From NCBI GenBank assembly GCA_034722245.1, contig JAYENT010000026.1, forward strand, positions 461 through 64,460: a DNA stretch of 64,000 nucleotides, read 5' to 3'. Positions 18,506 through 29,900 of this stretch are shown here, in pieces. Within the stretch, counting starts at the first letter, position 1; each line of letters opens with the position of its first letter. The position numbers were made by a program, and so were the translations under genes. The notes below the pieces were generated by a model. That model made no database searches, was not told where the DNA came from, and worked only from the letters and a program-made list of their open reading frames with translations. Source of the stretch: Chloroflexota bacterium. GTDB lineage: Bacteria; Chloroflexota; Anaerolineae; UBA1429.

Positions 18506-20380
18506 ATGAGACGAGATATTTGCAAGAGGCTACATAGGCCTTTGCTTCTGCTCATATTGGGGACGGCACTAGCCTTGCGAGTTTATGGCATCGCGTGGGA
18601 CGGTGGATACCTCTTTCACCCTGATGAGCGCCAGATCATGTTTGTCGTGGACGCTCTGTCCTTCCCCTGGCCGCCGGATTGGTCCGTCCTTCTCTCTCCA
18701 GAAAGTCCCTGGAATCCCCATTTCTTTGCTTACGGGTCGTTTCCCATCTATCTCTTGCGCATTGCTACCGGTATCGTAGCACAGTTCAAGGGGGATTTTA
18801 GGGTTTTGCGGCAGGGATACCTATTGGGGCGTGCCTTGTCGGCCCTATTCGACGTGGGAACGGTGTATCTCACCTATCGTCTGGGGAGAAAGTTGTATGG
18901 GAAAGCGGTGGGCTTGCTGTCGGGGGGCCTTCTCGCTTGCGCTGTCTTGCATATCCAGCTCTCTCATTTTTACACCGTTGACACCCTTCTCGTCTTCTTT
19001 GTGGTCTGGACCGTGTCACTGTGTGTCGACTTGTCTCGGCTTCCGTCGTGGAGTATTGCGCTTCCCCTTGGCTCTGTCTACGGCCTTGCGCTGGCCACCA
19101 AAGTGAGCGCTGCCCCTCTGATGGTGCCCATTTCCCTGGCCTGGGTTTTTGTGGCGCTGAGACACTCAGAGAATGTGGAGGGTGAGGTTTGGCGCGGGCG
19201 CGGCCGGTGGTTCAAAGCGCTAGGAGGCCTTGTGCTGACGAGCGTGATCGCCCTGGTTGTGTTCGTATTCTGCGAGCCTTATGCCGTCCTCGACATTAGG
19301 AGCTTTCTTGTTGATATTATGGAGGAAGGGTATATGGCGCGTGTGGGGGCAGGCATCCCTTACACGAAGCAGTATATCGGGACGCGCGCCTATGTCTATC
19401 CCCTTCGGCAGACGGTGGTTTGGGCTGTGGGAGTGCCACTCGGGATAGCGGGATTCGGGGGTGCCTTGGCAGTGCTGGGCAAGACGGTGAAGGAGATTGC
19501 TAAAGGTCAATGGGCCTGTGCAGCAGAGGGCTTTTTGCCCCTTTCGTGGGGCTTGGTCTATTTTGGCATTGTCGGTTCTTTCCATACCAAATTTCTTCGC
19601 TATATGCTGCCCATCATCCCTTTTCTCTGCATGTGGGCGGCATGGCTCCTGGTTAGCGTCCTGCGCGTGCCAGGTATCCGCCGGCGCATTCGTAACGCGG
19701 TCGGGGTTGGGGTCTTTATCTTGGTGTTGGTGCCCACCGTTCTTTATGCTTTGGCCTTCATGAACGTCTACAGGGAGACGCATCCCTGGATTCAGGAAAC
19801 GGCGTGGCTGTGTCGAAACGTCCCTCCGGGGAGTCAGATTATGGTGGAGCACTGGGATGATCCCTTGCCTCTTGTCCAGGGGCAGGGAGATCTCGATTGC
19901 CACGGAGATTACAGGATAAGCGTCTTCCCCGCCTACCATGTGGATGACGAAGAGAAGTTGGCCACATTGTTATATCGGTTGGAGACGAGCGATTACATTG
20001 TCCTTTCCACTAATCGACTCTATAATACCATTCCCCGCCTGCCAGATCGTTATCCGCTTACGAGTCGATACTATGAACTGCTTTTGGGGGAGGAACTGGG
20101 CTATGAGCTTGTTCACTACGTGGCCGTCTATCCGCGTCTGTTCGGTGCGAACCTGATGAATGACACTTTTTCGGATCCCGATCTACCTAAGCCACACCTG
20201 TTAGCACAGCAGGAGACGGCACGTTGTAGCCTGAATCTTGGGCGGGCGGATGAGAGCTTTACCGTGTATGATCATCCCAAACCCTTGATATTCAAGAATA
20301 CGGGCCACCTGTCGCGGGAGGCGTTGCTGGCCCAGTTTGGGGATATTGTGGAAGAGTTCTCCGAAGACGCTGGGGAGTAG
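18506..20380 (+). CDS. Large polytopic membrane protein, GT-C-like glycosyltransferase candidate (HPDE loop); paralog of the N-terminal module of the 2482-aa protein
   Basis: MRRDICKRLHRPLLLLILGTALALRVYGIAWDGGYLFHPDERQIMFVVDAL...; C-terminal soluble part YRISVFPAYHVDDEEKLATLLYRLETSDYIVLSTNRLYNTIPRLPDRYPLTSRYYELL...FTVYDHPKPLIF matches giant-protein residues about 500-650; ATG 18506 just after the AI-2E gene stop. Confidence 0.6.
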   Translation: MRRDICKRLHRPLLLLILGTALALRVYGIAWDGGYLFHPDERQIMFVVDALSFPWPPDWSVLLSPESPWNPHFFAYGSFPIYLLRIATGIVAQFKGDFRVLRQGYLLGRALSALFDVGTVYLTYRLGRKLYGKAVGLLSGGLLACAVLHIQLSHFYTVDTLLVFFVVWTVSLCVDLSRLPSWSIALPLGSVYGLALATKVSAAPLMVPISLAWVFVALRHSENVEGEVWRGRGRWFKALGGLVLTSVIALVVFVFCEPYAVLDIRSFLVDIMEEGYMARVGAGIPYTKQYIGTRAYVYPLRQTVVWAVGVPLGIAGFGGALAVLGKTVKEIAKGQWACAAEGFLPLSWGLVYFGIVGSFHTKFLRYMLPIIPFLCMWAAWLLVSVLRVPGIRRRIRNAVGVGVFILVLVPTVLYALAFMNVYRETHPWIQETAWLCRNVPPGSQIMVEHWDDPLPLVQGQGDLDCHGDYRISVFPAYHVDDEEKLATLLYRLETSDYIVLSTNRLYNTIPRLPDRYPLTSRYYELLLGEELGYELVHYVAVYPRLFGANLMNDTFSDPDLPKPHLLAQQETARCSLNLGRADESFTVYDHPKPLIFKNTGHLSREALLAQFGDIVEEFSEDAGE

Positions 20381-20399
20381 TGCTGGTACGGGATTTCTT

Positions 20400-20428
20400 T
20401 TGTGAGTCGCCCCGTTGGATGTTATAAT
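20400..20428 (+). promoter_or_regulatory. Sigma70-like promoter (-35 TTGTGA, 17-nt spacer, -10 TATAAT)
   Basis: TTGTGA 20400-20405 and TATAAT 20423-20428 read directly; 30 nt upstream of the 20458 start. Confidence 0.4.
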
Positions 20429-20457
20429 TTGCTTCCTGCCCTTGTAGCTATGGTGTT

Positions 20458-21471
20458 ATGAGATTGCATGAATTCCTGAAGAGGCGAGCCCGACTCCTGG
20501 TCGGAATCGTGGTCAGTCTGATCTGTTTCTATTTCGCCCTGCGTATTGTGGATCTGGCCAAGGTCTGGGAAACCTATCGTGGGGCCAACTATTGGTATCT
20601 CTTGCCCGCGTTGGGCATGTTGATAGTTATCAGTTGGGCGCGGGCTCGCCGCTGGCGCCTGTTAATGTACCCCAACGATCAGGTGCCTCTGGAGAGGCTT
20701 TTTTCCATCGTCAACATTGGCTATCTTTTTAACAATATACTGCCTGCCAAGGCGGGGGAGCTTGTGCGCGCCTATCTTGCGGGGCGTGTGTTGCCCGGGG
20801 GCGTGCCCCAAACGTTGTCCACACTTCTTGTGGAACGTTTGCTCGACGTGCTCATGGTGGTGGTTCTCCTGGTTGCCCTTTTTCCCTTTGTAACACTCCC
20901 ATTGTGGATCATGAGGGCGGGTCTGTTGTTTGGGGGGATAGCGGTCGGTGGAGCAGTGTTCCTTGTCCTGCTCGCCAGGCTTGGTGATCGCGGACTGGAG
21001 AAGCTCTGGGGGTTCTTGGCGAGGCTTCCCCTGGTTGGTCATCCACGGGTCAAGGAAGCCCTGCGCAACGTGTTGAAAGGACTGCGCGTGCTGAGCGTGG
21101 GCAAGTTTCTGCCCCGTATTATATTATGGTCGCTGTCCATCTGGCTGGGATATGGAATATTCAACTATCTCATCATGGCTGCTTTCAGGATGACGTACCT
21201 GCCCCTGCTTTCCGCGTTCGTTGTGCTCTGCGCTACGGGCTTTAGCATGATGGTCCCCTCCTCCCCCGGAGCCTTCGGTCCCTTTGAGGCCGCCGTAGTC
21301 CTGGCCCTGTCCCTGTATGGCGTGGCAGAGAGCGCCGCTTTCGGCTATGGGTTTGGCCTACACGCCTTCACAAATATCTCCCTTATCGTGCTTGGGCTGT
21401 GGGGCTTGCGTCAGGAGAGTGTTAGCTTCTCTGCGGTTCGAGAAAAGGCGTTGGAGCAAAAGGAGACGTAG
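20458..21471 (+). CDS. Flippase-like domain protein (UPF0104 / LPG-synthase TM-domain family)
   Basis: ANYWYLLPALGMLIVISWARARRWRLLMYP...IVNIGYLFNNILPAKAGELVRAYL matches the lPaR.GE..R hallmark of TIGR00374/PF03706; 8 predicted TM segments. Confidence 0.7.
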   Translation: MRLHEFLKRRARLLVGIVVSLICFYFALRIVDLAKVWETYRGANYWYLLPALGMLIVISWARARRWRLLMYPNDQVPLERLFSIVNIGYLFNNILPAKAGELVRAYLAGRVLPGGVPQTLSTLLVERLLDVLMVVVLLVALFPFVTLPLWIMRAGLLFGGIAVGGAVFLVLLARLGDRGLEKLWGFLARLPLVGHPRVKEALRNVLKGLRVLSVGKFLPRIILWSLSIWLGYGIFNYLIMAAFRMTYLPLLSAFVVLCATGFSMMVPSSPGAFGPFEAAVVLALSLYGVAESAAFGYGFGLHAFTNISLIVLGLWGLRQESVSFSAVREKALEQKET

Positions 21472-21609
21472 ATCTTGAAGAACGGAAGCGACAGCGGAAT
21501 CTGTCGGCGCGTCTTGTGGCGGAGGTAGCTGGGACAAGAAGGCATAGGATTTTTTGCTAGAGCAAGAGGTGTAGAAGCGCTGTTTCGTGGCTCGCCTCAC
21601 GGGGTTTGG

Positions 21610-23622
21610 GTGCGGGAGGTGGAGTGTGACAAAGCGGTGAGTAAGCAACAGAAGCGTGCTAATCTTTGGTTGCTGGGCCTTTCCCTTGTATTGGCTGTGA
21701 CAGGGCAATACTATTTGGCCAATAAGCGCCAGTTCATGTGGGATGGGATCTTACTTTACGCTCTGGCCATGGTCCTCTTTGCTTGGGTCAGCGCGCGTAT
21801 CGAGAGCGGTGGACGTGAAAAAGGCCAAAAAGGCTTTCCCGGCCTGTGGCGGGGTATCTGGCGAGCGCTGAATCACAGTGTGCTTCGTTTGGCTTTGTTC
21901 CTCTCTGGCATTGCTTTAGTTATGTTTGTGAGCTTTGCCGCTAGCTCTCGTTCCGGAAGCAGGCCCTTTTACGACCTTCTCGCCTTGTGGGGCGTGGGTA
22001 TTCTTACGACTGGTGGAGCCTGTATCCCCTGGCAGGATATGACATTCCACCCCCAAGAATGGTGGAAACGCACAGTCGAGCAAGGTCCCGAGGCGTTGTT
22101 GATCCTAGTTCTTGCCTTGGCCACGTTTCTCACGCGAGTCGTTAATCTTGAGAATATCCCTTTTGTGCTAGATGGGGACGAGGCCGCCATGGGATTGGAG
22201 GCCGTGGCTGTCATTGAGGGAAGAAGGGTTAATCCCTTTGTGACCGGCTGGCTTTCCCATCCCACGCTTTACTTCTTTTTACAATCCCTCTTTTTGCGGC
22301 TCTTTGGCATTTCCATTGCCGCCCTGCGTTTTTCCTCTGCCTTTATTTCACCTTTTATCGTCATCCTCCTTTACTTTTTCACTCGACGCTTGTATGGACG
22401 GTGGGTGGCCATCTTGAGTGCCACGTTTTTTGCCGCCTATCACTATCCCCTGCACTTTGGGCGCATTGCCCTGAACAATATCTGGGACCCCTTTTTCGCT
22501 CTGGGGGCCATCTATTTTTTGACGGTGGGGCTAGAGGAACGGCAGTTGGCTTCAGTGTTGGTCGGCGGTGTGCTGACAGGGATGGCTATCTACTTTTACA
22601 TGGGCTCGCGATTGCTGCCCATCATATTGGTGCTCTATCTCCTTTACTGGGCGTTGACGGAGACGAACTTTTTGTGGGAAAATGCGGTCTACCTCTTCCT
22701 CTTTGGGCTGATGGCTTTTCTAGTGGCGCTCCCCCTGCTAAACTTTTTTCGCACCCATCCAGAAGATTTGGTGGCTCGTTGGGAATGGGTGGGGGTTTTT
22801 TCCTCGGATTGGGCAAAAGGGGAAATGCAGAAGACGGGCAAGACAGTTTGGGGGCTTATGCCAAATCAGTTGCTCAAGTCAGTGCTAGCCTTCAACTATT
22901 TCTCCGATCCCACCTTTTTCTATCATCCCAATACTCCTCTTTTGCACTTTGGTAGTTCGATCTTTTTTGTCGTGGGCTTGACCTATTCCCTCAGGCGGTG
23001 GCGGGAGAGGAGGTACTTTTTACTGCTGCTGTGGTTCTTTTTAGTTATCCTCTTTGGAGGTGTACTGCTCGAGAACCCTCCATCGAGCGCACGGTTTGTA
23101 CTTTCCATTCCTCCTGTTGTGCTTTTTGTGGTTTTTGGGGTATTCAAGGTTTCGTCGTATATTCAGAATAGTGTTAAGGCCCTTCCCAAGGTCGCTATGA
23201 TCTTGTCCCTGGTACTGATTCTGTTCTTGAGTTATCATAGTCTGTACTTTTACTTCTGCGATTACTCGCCCCAGCATCTGTATTCCTCGTATGGCAATAC
23301 TGAAGTTGCAACTGCAATTGCCCAGTATTTGAACTTGTTGGATGCAGACTATCGCTGGTATTTTTTTGGCCCCCCTCGGATCTACCATGATTTCCCTGTG
23401 ATCTCTTTTTTAGCACCCGAGGCGAAGGGAATGGATGTGGAGGAGTCTGTTTCCGGCAGAGTAGATTTTGTGGATCCCGTCTACGACGCGGTGTTCGTAT
23501 TCTTGCCTGAACGCCGGTCAGAGTTTGAGACGGTTCGTCGCCGCTATCCAGCTGGCGCTTTTCGCGAATTCACTAATGGAGAAGGGCGACTTCTGTTCGT
23601 TTCCTACGAGGTCGATCTGTGA
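21610..23622 (+). CDS. GT-C fold glycosyltransferase, ArnT/PMT (GT39/GT83)-like
   Basis: First periplasmic loop with DGDEA acidic motif, then RRLYGRWVAILSATFFAAYHYPLHFGRIALNNIWDPFFALGAIYFL typical of PMT_2 proteins; long hydrophobic protein with a C-terminal soluble region. Confidence 0.6.
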   Translation: MREVECDKAVSKQQKRANLWLLGLSLVLAVTGQYYLANKRQFMWDGILLYALAMVLFAWVSARIESGGREKGQKGFPGLWRGIWRALNHSVLRLALFLSGIALVMFVSFAASSRSGSRPFYDLLALWGVGILTTGGACIPWQDMTFHPQEWWKRTVEQGPEALLILVLALATFLTRVVNLENIPFVLDGDEAAMGLEAVAVIEGRRVNPFVTGWLSHPTLYFFLQSLFLRLFGISIAALRFSSAFISPFIVILLYFFTRRLYGRWVAILSATFFAAYHYPLHFGRIALNNIWDPFFALGAIYFLTVGLEERQLASVLVGGVLTGMAIYFYMGSRLLPIILVLYLLYWALTETNFLWENAVYLFLFGLMAFLVALPLLNFFRTHPEDLVARWEWVGVFSSDWAKGEMQKTGKTVWGLMPNQLLKSVLAFNYFSDPTFFYHPNTPLLHFGSSIFFVVGLTYSLRRWRERRYFLLLLWFFLVILFGGVLLENPPSSARFVLSIPPVVLFVVFGVFKVSSYIQNSVKALPKVAMILSLVLILFLSYHSLYFYFCDYSPQHLYSSYGNTEVATAIAQYLNLLDADYRWYFFGPPRIYHDFPVISFLAPEAKGMDVEESVSGRVDFVDPVYDAVFVFLPERRSEFETVRRRYPAGAFREFTNGEGRLLFVSYEVDL

Positions 23623-23911
23623 GGTTAGGTCGATGATGGGCGAACGTCGAGATGGGCTCTATTGGCGTGATGGCAGCGGCGCGTGAGCGTGACTGCGCAT
23701 TGAGGGGCAGCGGTGGGACGATGAACTCGCTAAGCCGTGGCCGGGTTGTCCTCCCAAAGGGCGTAGCGCTGAAACGTTCGTGCGATGAGGGCATACTACA
23801 TCTATGGCCTTTTATGGAGAGCGATAGGTTCTTGGTGGAGAGTGGTTCTCGGGACGGCGAGAGAAAAGGGAACACGCCAGTGTCCTTCTTGCACGGTGTC
23901 ATCCTGGAGAC

Positions 23912-26900
23912 ATGGCTCCTATGACAGGAGAGGATAAGTTCGTGACGTGGCAAGATGCGTCGCACGCTGTAAAGACAGTGTGGTCTCGACTTGGCAACCT
24001 GTCCTCCGACCGCCGTATGATGCTCAACTTGATGATAGTGATTCTTTTGATTGCAGGCGCGTTGCGTTTTACGGGGATAGATTGGGACGAGAATCAGCAC
24101 CTTCATCCCGACGAGCGCTTCTTGACCATGGTCGAGGACAGATTGCGATGGCCCAGTTCCTTCAAAGAGTATCTGGACTCCTCTGTGAACCCCCTCAGCC
24201 CCTACAATCAGGGTCACGACTACTATACCTATGGTTTGCTCCCCGTGGTTGTGACCAAGTTCATTGGTGAGATCGTGGGCGAGACGGGTTATGATAGCAT
24301 CTATCTCGTGGGGCGGGCGCTGAACGGCGTGCTTGACCTGTTTTCCATCGTGTTGATCTTTATCATGGGCAAGCGTCTCTATGACGCCCGTGTAGGGCTT
24401 TTGGGGGCCTTGTTTCTCGCTTTCAGCGTGCTTAACATTCAGAGCGCTCACTATTTCACCGTAGATACGTGGGTCACCTTTTTTGTAACCTTGGCCCTTT
24501 TCTATGCAATTCGCGTGGCCCAGGGGGAGGGATGGGGGAGTGTTCTAGCCATGGCTGTGGCTTTCGGCCTGGCCACGGCTTCCAAGATCAGCGTTCTCCC
24601 CTTTTTGCTTGTCATGGGTTTGGCCTACACGTTGAGGATCTGGAGACGATGGCAGGCTCACAGAGGTGGGGACTCCTCGCGTTTGATCCATCTGAGAAAG
24701 CAGTGGGGACGGTTTAATATCTTGCTTCGAGTTGAACCGGATGACGAGTGTGAGCCGGTGACGGATGGCGAGCGCCTGTTTTTCGAAATCCTTCGGGGGA
24801 CGCTTTCTTTCTTGGTGGCATTGGTCGTAGCCGCCCTTGTCTTCCGCGTGGCGCAACCTCACGCCTTCACGGGGCCCGGGCTGTTCAATTTCAAGCTCAA
24901 TCCCACATGGAAAGACGACATGAGTCATATCAGCAAGCTGACGAGCGGAGAGATCACTTGGCCCCCTAGTTACCAATGGACGGGCCGGACGCCGGTCCTT
25001 TTCATGCTCAAGAATATGGTATTTTGGGGATTGGGGTTGCCGTTGGGCATCGCGGCATGGGTCAGCTGGGCGTTTATAGGCTGGGAGATGTACAAGAAGG
25101 AGAAGCTGACCCATCTCCTCCCTTGGATGTGGATGACCTTTATCTTCCTCTATCACAGCACCCAGCACGTCAAGACCATGCGTTACCTGCTTCCCATCTA
25201 TCCCACGGCGGCCATGGTGGCCGCCTATGGTCTGATCAAGCTGTGGGATGGGGCCAGGGCATGGAGGGTGCATTATGGTCCGGAGAGGCGTCGGATACGC
25301 TGGGCGGTCGGCGTCCTGATTCTCGTCGTGGTGCTGGGTACGGCCTTTTGGGCCGTCGCCTTTACCAGCATCTATACGCGGCCGGTGACCCGCGTGGCGG
25401 CCTCGCGCTGGATGTACCGCAATCTTCCCCGGGGCGCCTCGGTATCCTATGAGGTGTGGGATGATCCTTTGCCTCTGAATATAGACGGACGTCTGGCGAG
25501 TTCCTACTTTGATCAGGTAAAAATGGATCTCTATGCGGAGGATACACCTGAAAAGCGGGAAAAGCTCTACGACTGGATAGAGAGAGCGGACTATATCGTT
25601 CTTTCGAGCAACCGCCTTTATAAGTCGATTCCTCGTCTTCCCATGCGCTATCCCATGACCACGCGGTACTATGAGGCCCTTTTCTCTGGGGAGCTTGGTT
25701 TTGAGCGTACAGCCACCTTTACCTCACGGCCAAAGCTGTTCGGAATTGAGATCGTCGACGACAATGCGGAGGAGGCCTTTACCGTATACGATCATCCCAA
25801 GGTGATCATCTTTAGGAAGCGCGCCGACTTTTCCATGGTCAGGGTGCGAAGGCTCTTTGAGGAGTATTCCCTTGATCGCATTGTGCGCATGAAACCCACG
25901 CAGGTGACGTCTGCGCCTAATGCTTTGATGCTCAGCGAAGAGGAATGGGCCGTACAACGCGCTGGCGGGACCTGGTCGACGATCTTTTCCCGGAACAGCC
26001 TGTCGAACAAGTTCCCGACGGTAACATGGCTTTTGGCCCTCTTTTATGTGGGATTTGCCGCCTTCCCCTTGGCCTTTGTGGCTTTTTGGCGCATGCGCGA
26101 TCGAGGGTATCTGCTCTCCAAAACCGTGGGCTTGTTAGTTATGAGCTACCTTGCCTGGCTCTTGCCCAGTTTGAAGGTGCTGCCTTATAGCCGAGGGCTC
26201 ATCGCTGGCGTGCTGTTGGGAGTGAGCGCCCTCTCTGCTGTGGTGGGATGGGTGCAAAGGCGCCCTCTACTGGACTTTGTGCGGCGACGCTGGCGTCTCC
26301 TCATAGTCGGTGAACTGCTGTTTCTGGCCTTCTTTTTCCTTTTCTGGCTTATACGCTTTCTCAACCCCGATCTCTGGCATCCGGTCATGGGCGGAGAGAA
26401 GCCCATGGATATGGCCTATCTCAACGCCATCATCAAGAGTACCCACTTTCCACCCTATGATCCCTGGTTCGCCGGCGGCTATATCAACTACTACTACTTT
26501 GGCTGGGTCGTGGCGGCCACGCTGATCAAGCTGACGGCCATCGTCCCCTCGGTGGCCTACAACCTGGCTATTCCCACGTTCTTTGCTCTCATGGCCATGG
26601 GCTCTACGTCCGTTGTCTTTAACCTGATACCCGCCGGAGAGGACGAGGATGGCTGGTTTCCCAGGGCGTTGGGTTATGGGCTCGTGGGCGCTTTGTTGGT
26701 GGCTGTGGCGGGCAACCTGGGCGAATTGCAACTCCTGTGGAATGGCTTCAAGGAACTGGGCAGTAGGGTTTCCTTTGAGAGCACCATTCCCGGGCTTGTG
26801 ACTCTGGTGCAGGTGGTTCGTGGGCTCTGGGCTTGGGTCGCGCAAGGCGAAAGGTTGCCCTTTCGCAGCGAGTGGTGGTATTGGAACGCCAGTCGCATCA

Positions 26901-29900
26901 TGAAGCACGGGGAGATCAACGAATTTCCTTTCTTTAGCTTTTTGTACGCCGACCTGCACGCCCATCTGACGGCCATGCCCTTTGCCATTTGCGCCTTGGC
27001 CCTGGCCAGCAACTTTGTCGTTGAGCCCGTGCGGTGCCTGTTCGGCCCGGCTGACGATGAGGAAGAAGGGGATAAGAGCGAGGGGACGCACGCCGAGGAT
27101 GTAGAGGGAATCCCTGTAGAAACGCGCGCACCTTTCTTGCCGGGCGTGGTACGCTCTGTGCTGCACTTCTTGCAGGGCCTGTCGTCGTGCATCCACTGGC
27201 CTATGATCGCTTCCCTGACCCTGCTCGCGCTGATCCTTGGGGAACTGTGGTGCAACAACTCTTGGGATTTCCCCACCTATGCTGGCGTGTCCGTGGTGGC
27301 CTTGGCCATAGGTTCGTATGCTGAGGCTGACAGGATCAACAAGAAGGTGGTGGCGCACTTCGCTCTTCGCGTCGCCTGCGTGCTGGCACTGAGCATGCTT
27401 TTCTTCCTGCCCTACCACGCCAACTATGGCCTGGCCTATTCCAGCGTGGATCTGTGGAAGGGGGAGCGTACGTCCATCGGCTCTTATCTTATCATTCATG
27501 GGACATTTCTTTTTATACTCGCCTCGTATCTTTTGGTGCTCCTTTTCGACAGGAGGCGCCGGAATGGAATCGTGCGTGCAATACGGCTGTTTCTTCAAGC
27601 CTGGGAGCGGCGAAGGCGTGCGCTGCATCTTTACGACCTCCTCGTGCGTTGCCCAAAGCTGGGCTACGAGCTGGGATGGCTGGGATTGGTTGTCTTGGGG
27701 ATCGTACTGCTTATATTCTTCCTAAAGCAGGCGTGGATCCTGTTGCTGGCGGCGCCTATACTCGCCTTGGCCCTGAGTGTCGTCCTCTTTACCCGAGTGC
27801 GGGCGGAGCGGCGTTTCCAGGCTGCCCTTGTGGGGATCGGACTGCTGTTGACCTTGGCTGTGGAGTATATCGTGCTAAAGGGCGACATTGGCCGTATGAA
27901 CACTGTGTTCAAGTTCTCCTTACAGGTCTGGATCATGTGGGGGGTGGTGGGGGGCGCAGCGTTGGCTTATCTGATCCCCCGCCATTGGGCCTGGCCGTCG
28001 CGCGTGCGTTCCGTATGGCGCAAAATGCTCATCTTTCTTCTCATTGGCGTTTCCCTCTATCCTCTGTGTGGTACCTATGGAAAGGTGAGAGATCGCTGGA
28101 ACCCCGATCTGCCACCGGGATTGGACGGCATGCGCTTTATGACGGGGGCACACTACCGGGATAATAATCGCGATTTGGCTCTGGAATATGATTATCGTGC
28201 CATCCGATGGATGCAGGAGCATATCAAGGGTTCGCCCGTCATCGCCGAGGCCAACACCCCCCTTTACCGCTGGGGGAGCCGCGTGTCCGTCTATACGGGG
28301 CTGCCGACCATCGTGGGTTGGGACTGGCATCAGAAGCAGCAGCGCGCTGCGGTCGGTAGTCAGGTGGTGGACTGGCGACTGGAGGATTTGCGGCTGCTCT
28401 ACAATACGCCCGATCCCGTGATGGCCGCTAACATTCTTGAGTGCTACCAGGTGGGCTACATCTATGTAGGCGAATTGGAGAAGGCCTATTACGACACGCA
28501 AGGTCTGGCCAAGTTCGGACGCATGGTTGGGTCCACGTTGGAGGTCGCTTATAGGCAGGGACCGGTGACCATCTATCGCGTCAAGGGATCGGGCGCTGGA
28601 TTGGTATCCTCAGATCCTGGAGGAGAAAGTCTCTGGAACACCGCGAAACGCTGGTTTGCCAAGCGCTGGTTGCCGGGTGTGGTGAGGGCCGAGGAGCCCC
28701 AGAAGCGTCCTCTTGGCGGGCTGCAGGCGATGGTGGGAGAGCCCTCGCTGATGTTGGACAAACCCGTTGATCAGTTGCCGGTGGTCGATGATCGAGGCTG
28801 GAATGGTCTGGCTGCGAACAGGACGATCTTTGCCCTGTTCTCGTGGTGGGTCGTGTTGCAGCTCCTTGGTTTGATCGCTCTCCCCCTGGTGGGGTATGCC
28901 TTTTCCCCTCTGCCGGACGGGGGGTATTATCTGAGCAAAGGGATCGGGCTGTTGCTCGTCAGCTATCTTGTGTGGCTTGGAACCAGCCTGCACGTGGTTG
29001 CCAACCGCCCTCATGTGGCCTGGGCCGCTTTGCTGTCGGCGGGAGGATGCTCTTTTTTTCTGTGGTGGCGCCACCGCCGTCGTCTGCGCAGGGCGTGGCG
29101 CCGACAACGGAGATTGATTCTGGTGGAGGAGGGCCTATTTAGCATCGCTTTTCTGCTCTTCGTCGGCCTGCGTCTCCTCAATCCGGATCTTTGGCAGCCC
29201 TGGTTCGGCGGGGAAAAGATGATGGAGATAGCTTTCCTAAACGCCATCTGTAAATCCGCCCACATGCCGCCGTATGATCCCTATTTCGCTGACGGGTACA
29301 TCAACTACTACTATTATGGGCAATTCATCGTCGCCACGTTGATCAAGCTCACGGGGGTGTTTCCTCGGGTGGCTTTCAATCTGGCCGTGCCCACCTTCTT
29401 TGGGCTGACCGTCTCCCATGTCTTTGGCGTCTCCTATGGTCTCGTAGCTTTGGGTGAGGAAGGGGTGGAAGAGACTGGAAGAGCAGAAGACGACGCTGGA
29501 ACTGCTGGCATTGCTCCTCGTGCCAGTCCCATCTCCTCCAGGGGGCTGTGGGCAGGGATAGGGGCAGTGGTGCTGGTGGCCGTCATGGGCAACCTCTCTG
29601 GCATACTCCAGGTGCTGGAGTGGCTTGCGAGGGCGGGCGGGGCCTCCTTTCCGGAGGGTCACGTCGCCTGGGCGGATATCCCGTACATTATTCCGGGGCT
29701 GGTGCACACGATACGTCAGGGGATCCCATTGCATTTCGAATACTGGTACTATGGCACGCGCATCATCCCCCACACCATCAACGAGTTTCCCTTTTTTACC
29801 TTTCTCTTTGCCGATCTGCATCCTCATCTGATGGGCATTCCCTTCACTATACTTGTCGTGGGGCTGGCTGCCTCTTTGCTGTGGAGCAAAAGGCGTCCTT

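Noticed and set aside
24545-28501. Multiple long minus-strand ORFs inside the giant gene (24545-25273, 26267-27628 with 453 aa, 26674-27276, 27920-28501)
   Set aside because: They are antisense to a continuous 2482-aa ORF whose conserved motifs repeat in frame, and their compositions are Arg/Gly/Pro-rich nonsense typical of GC-rich antisense frames.
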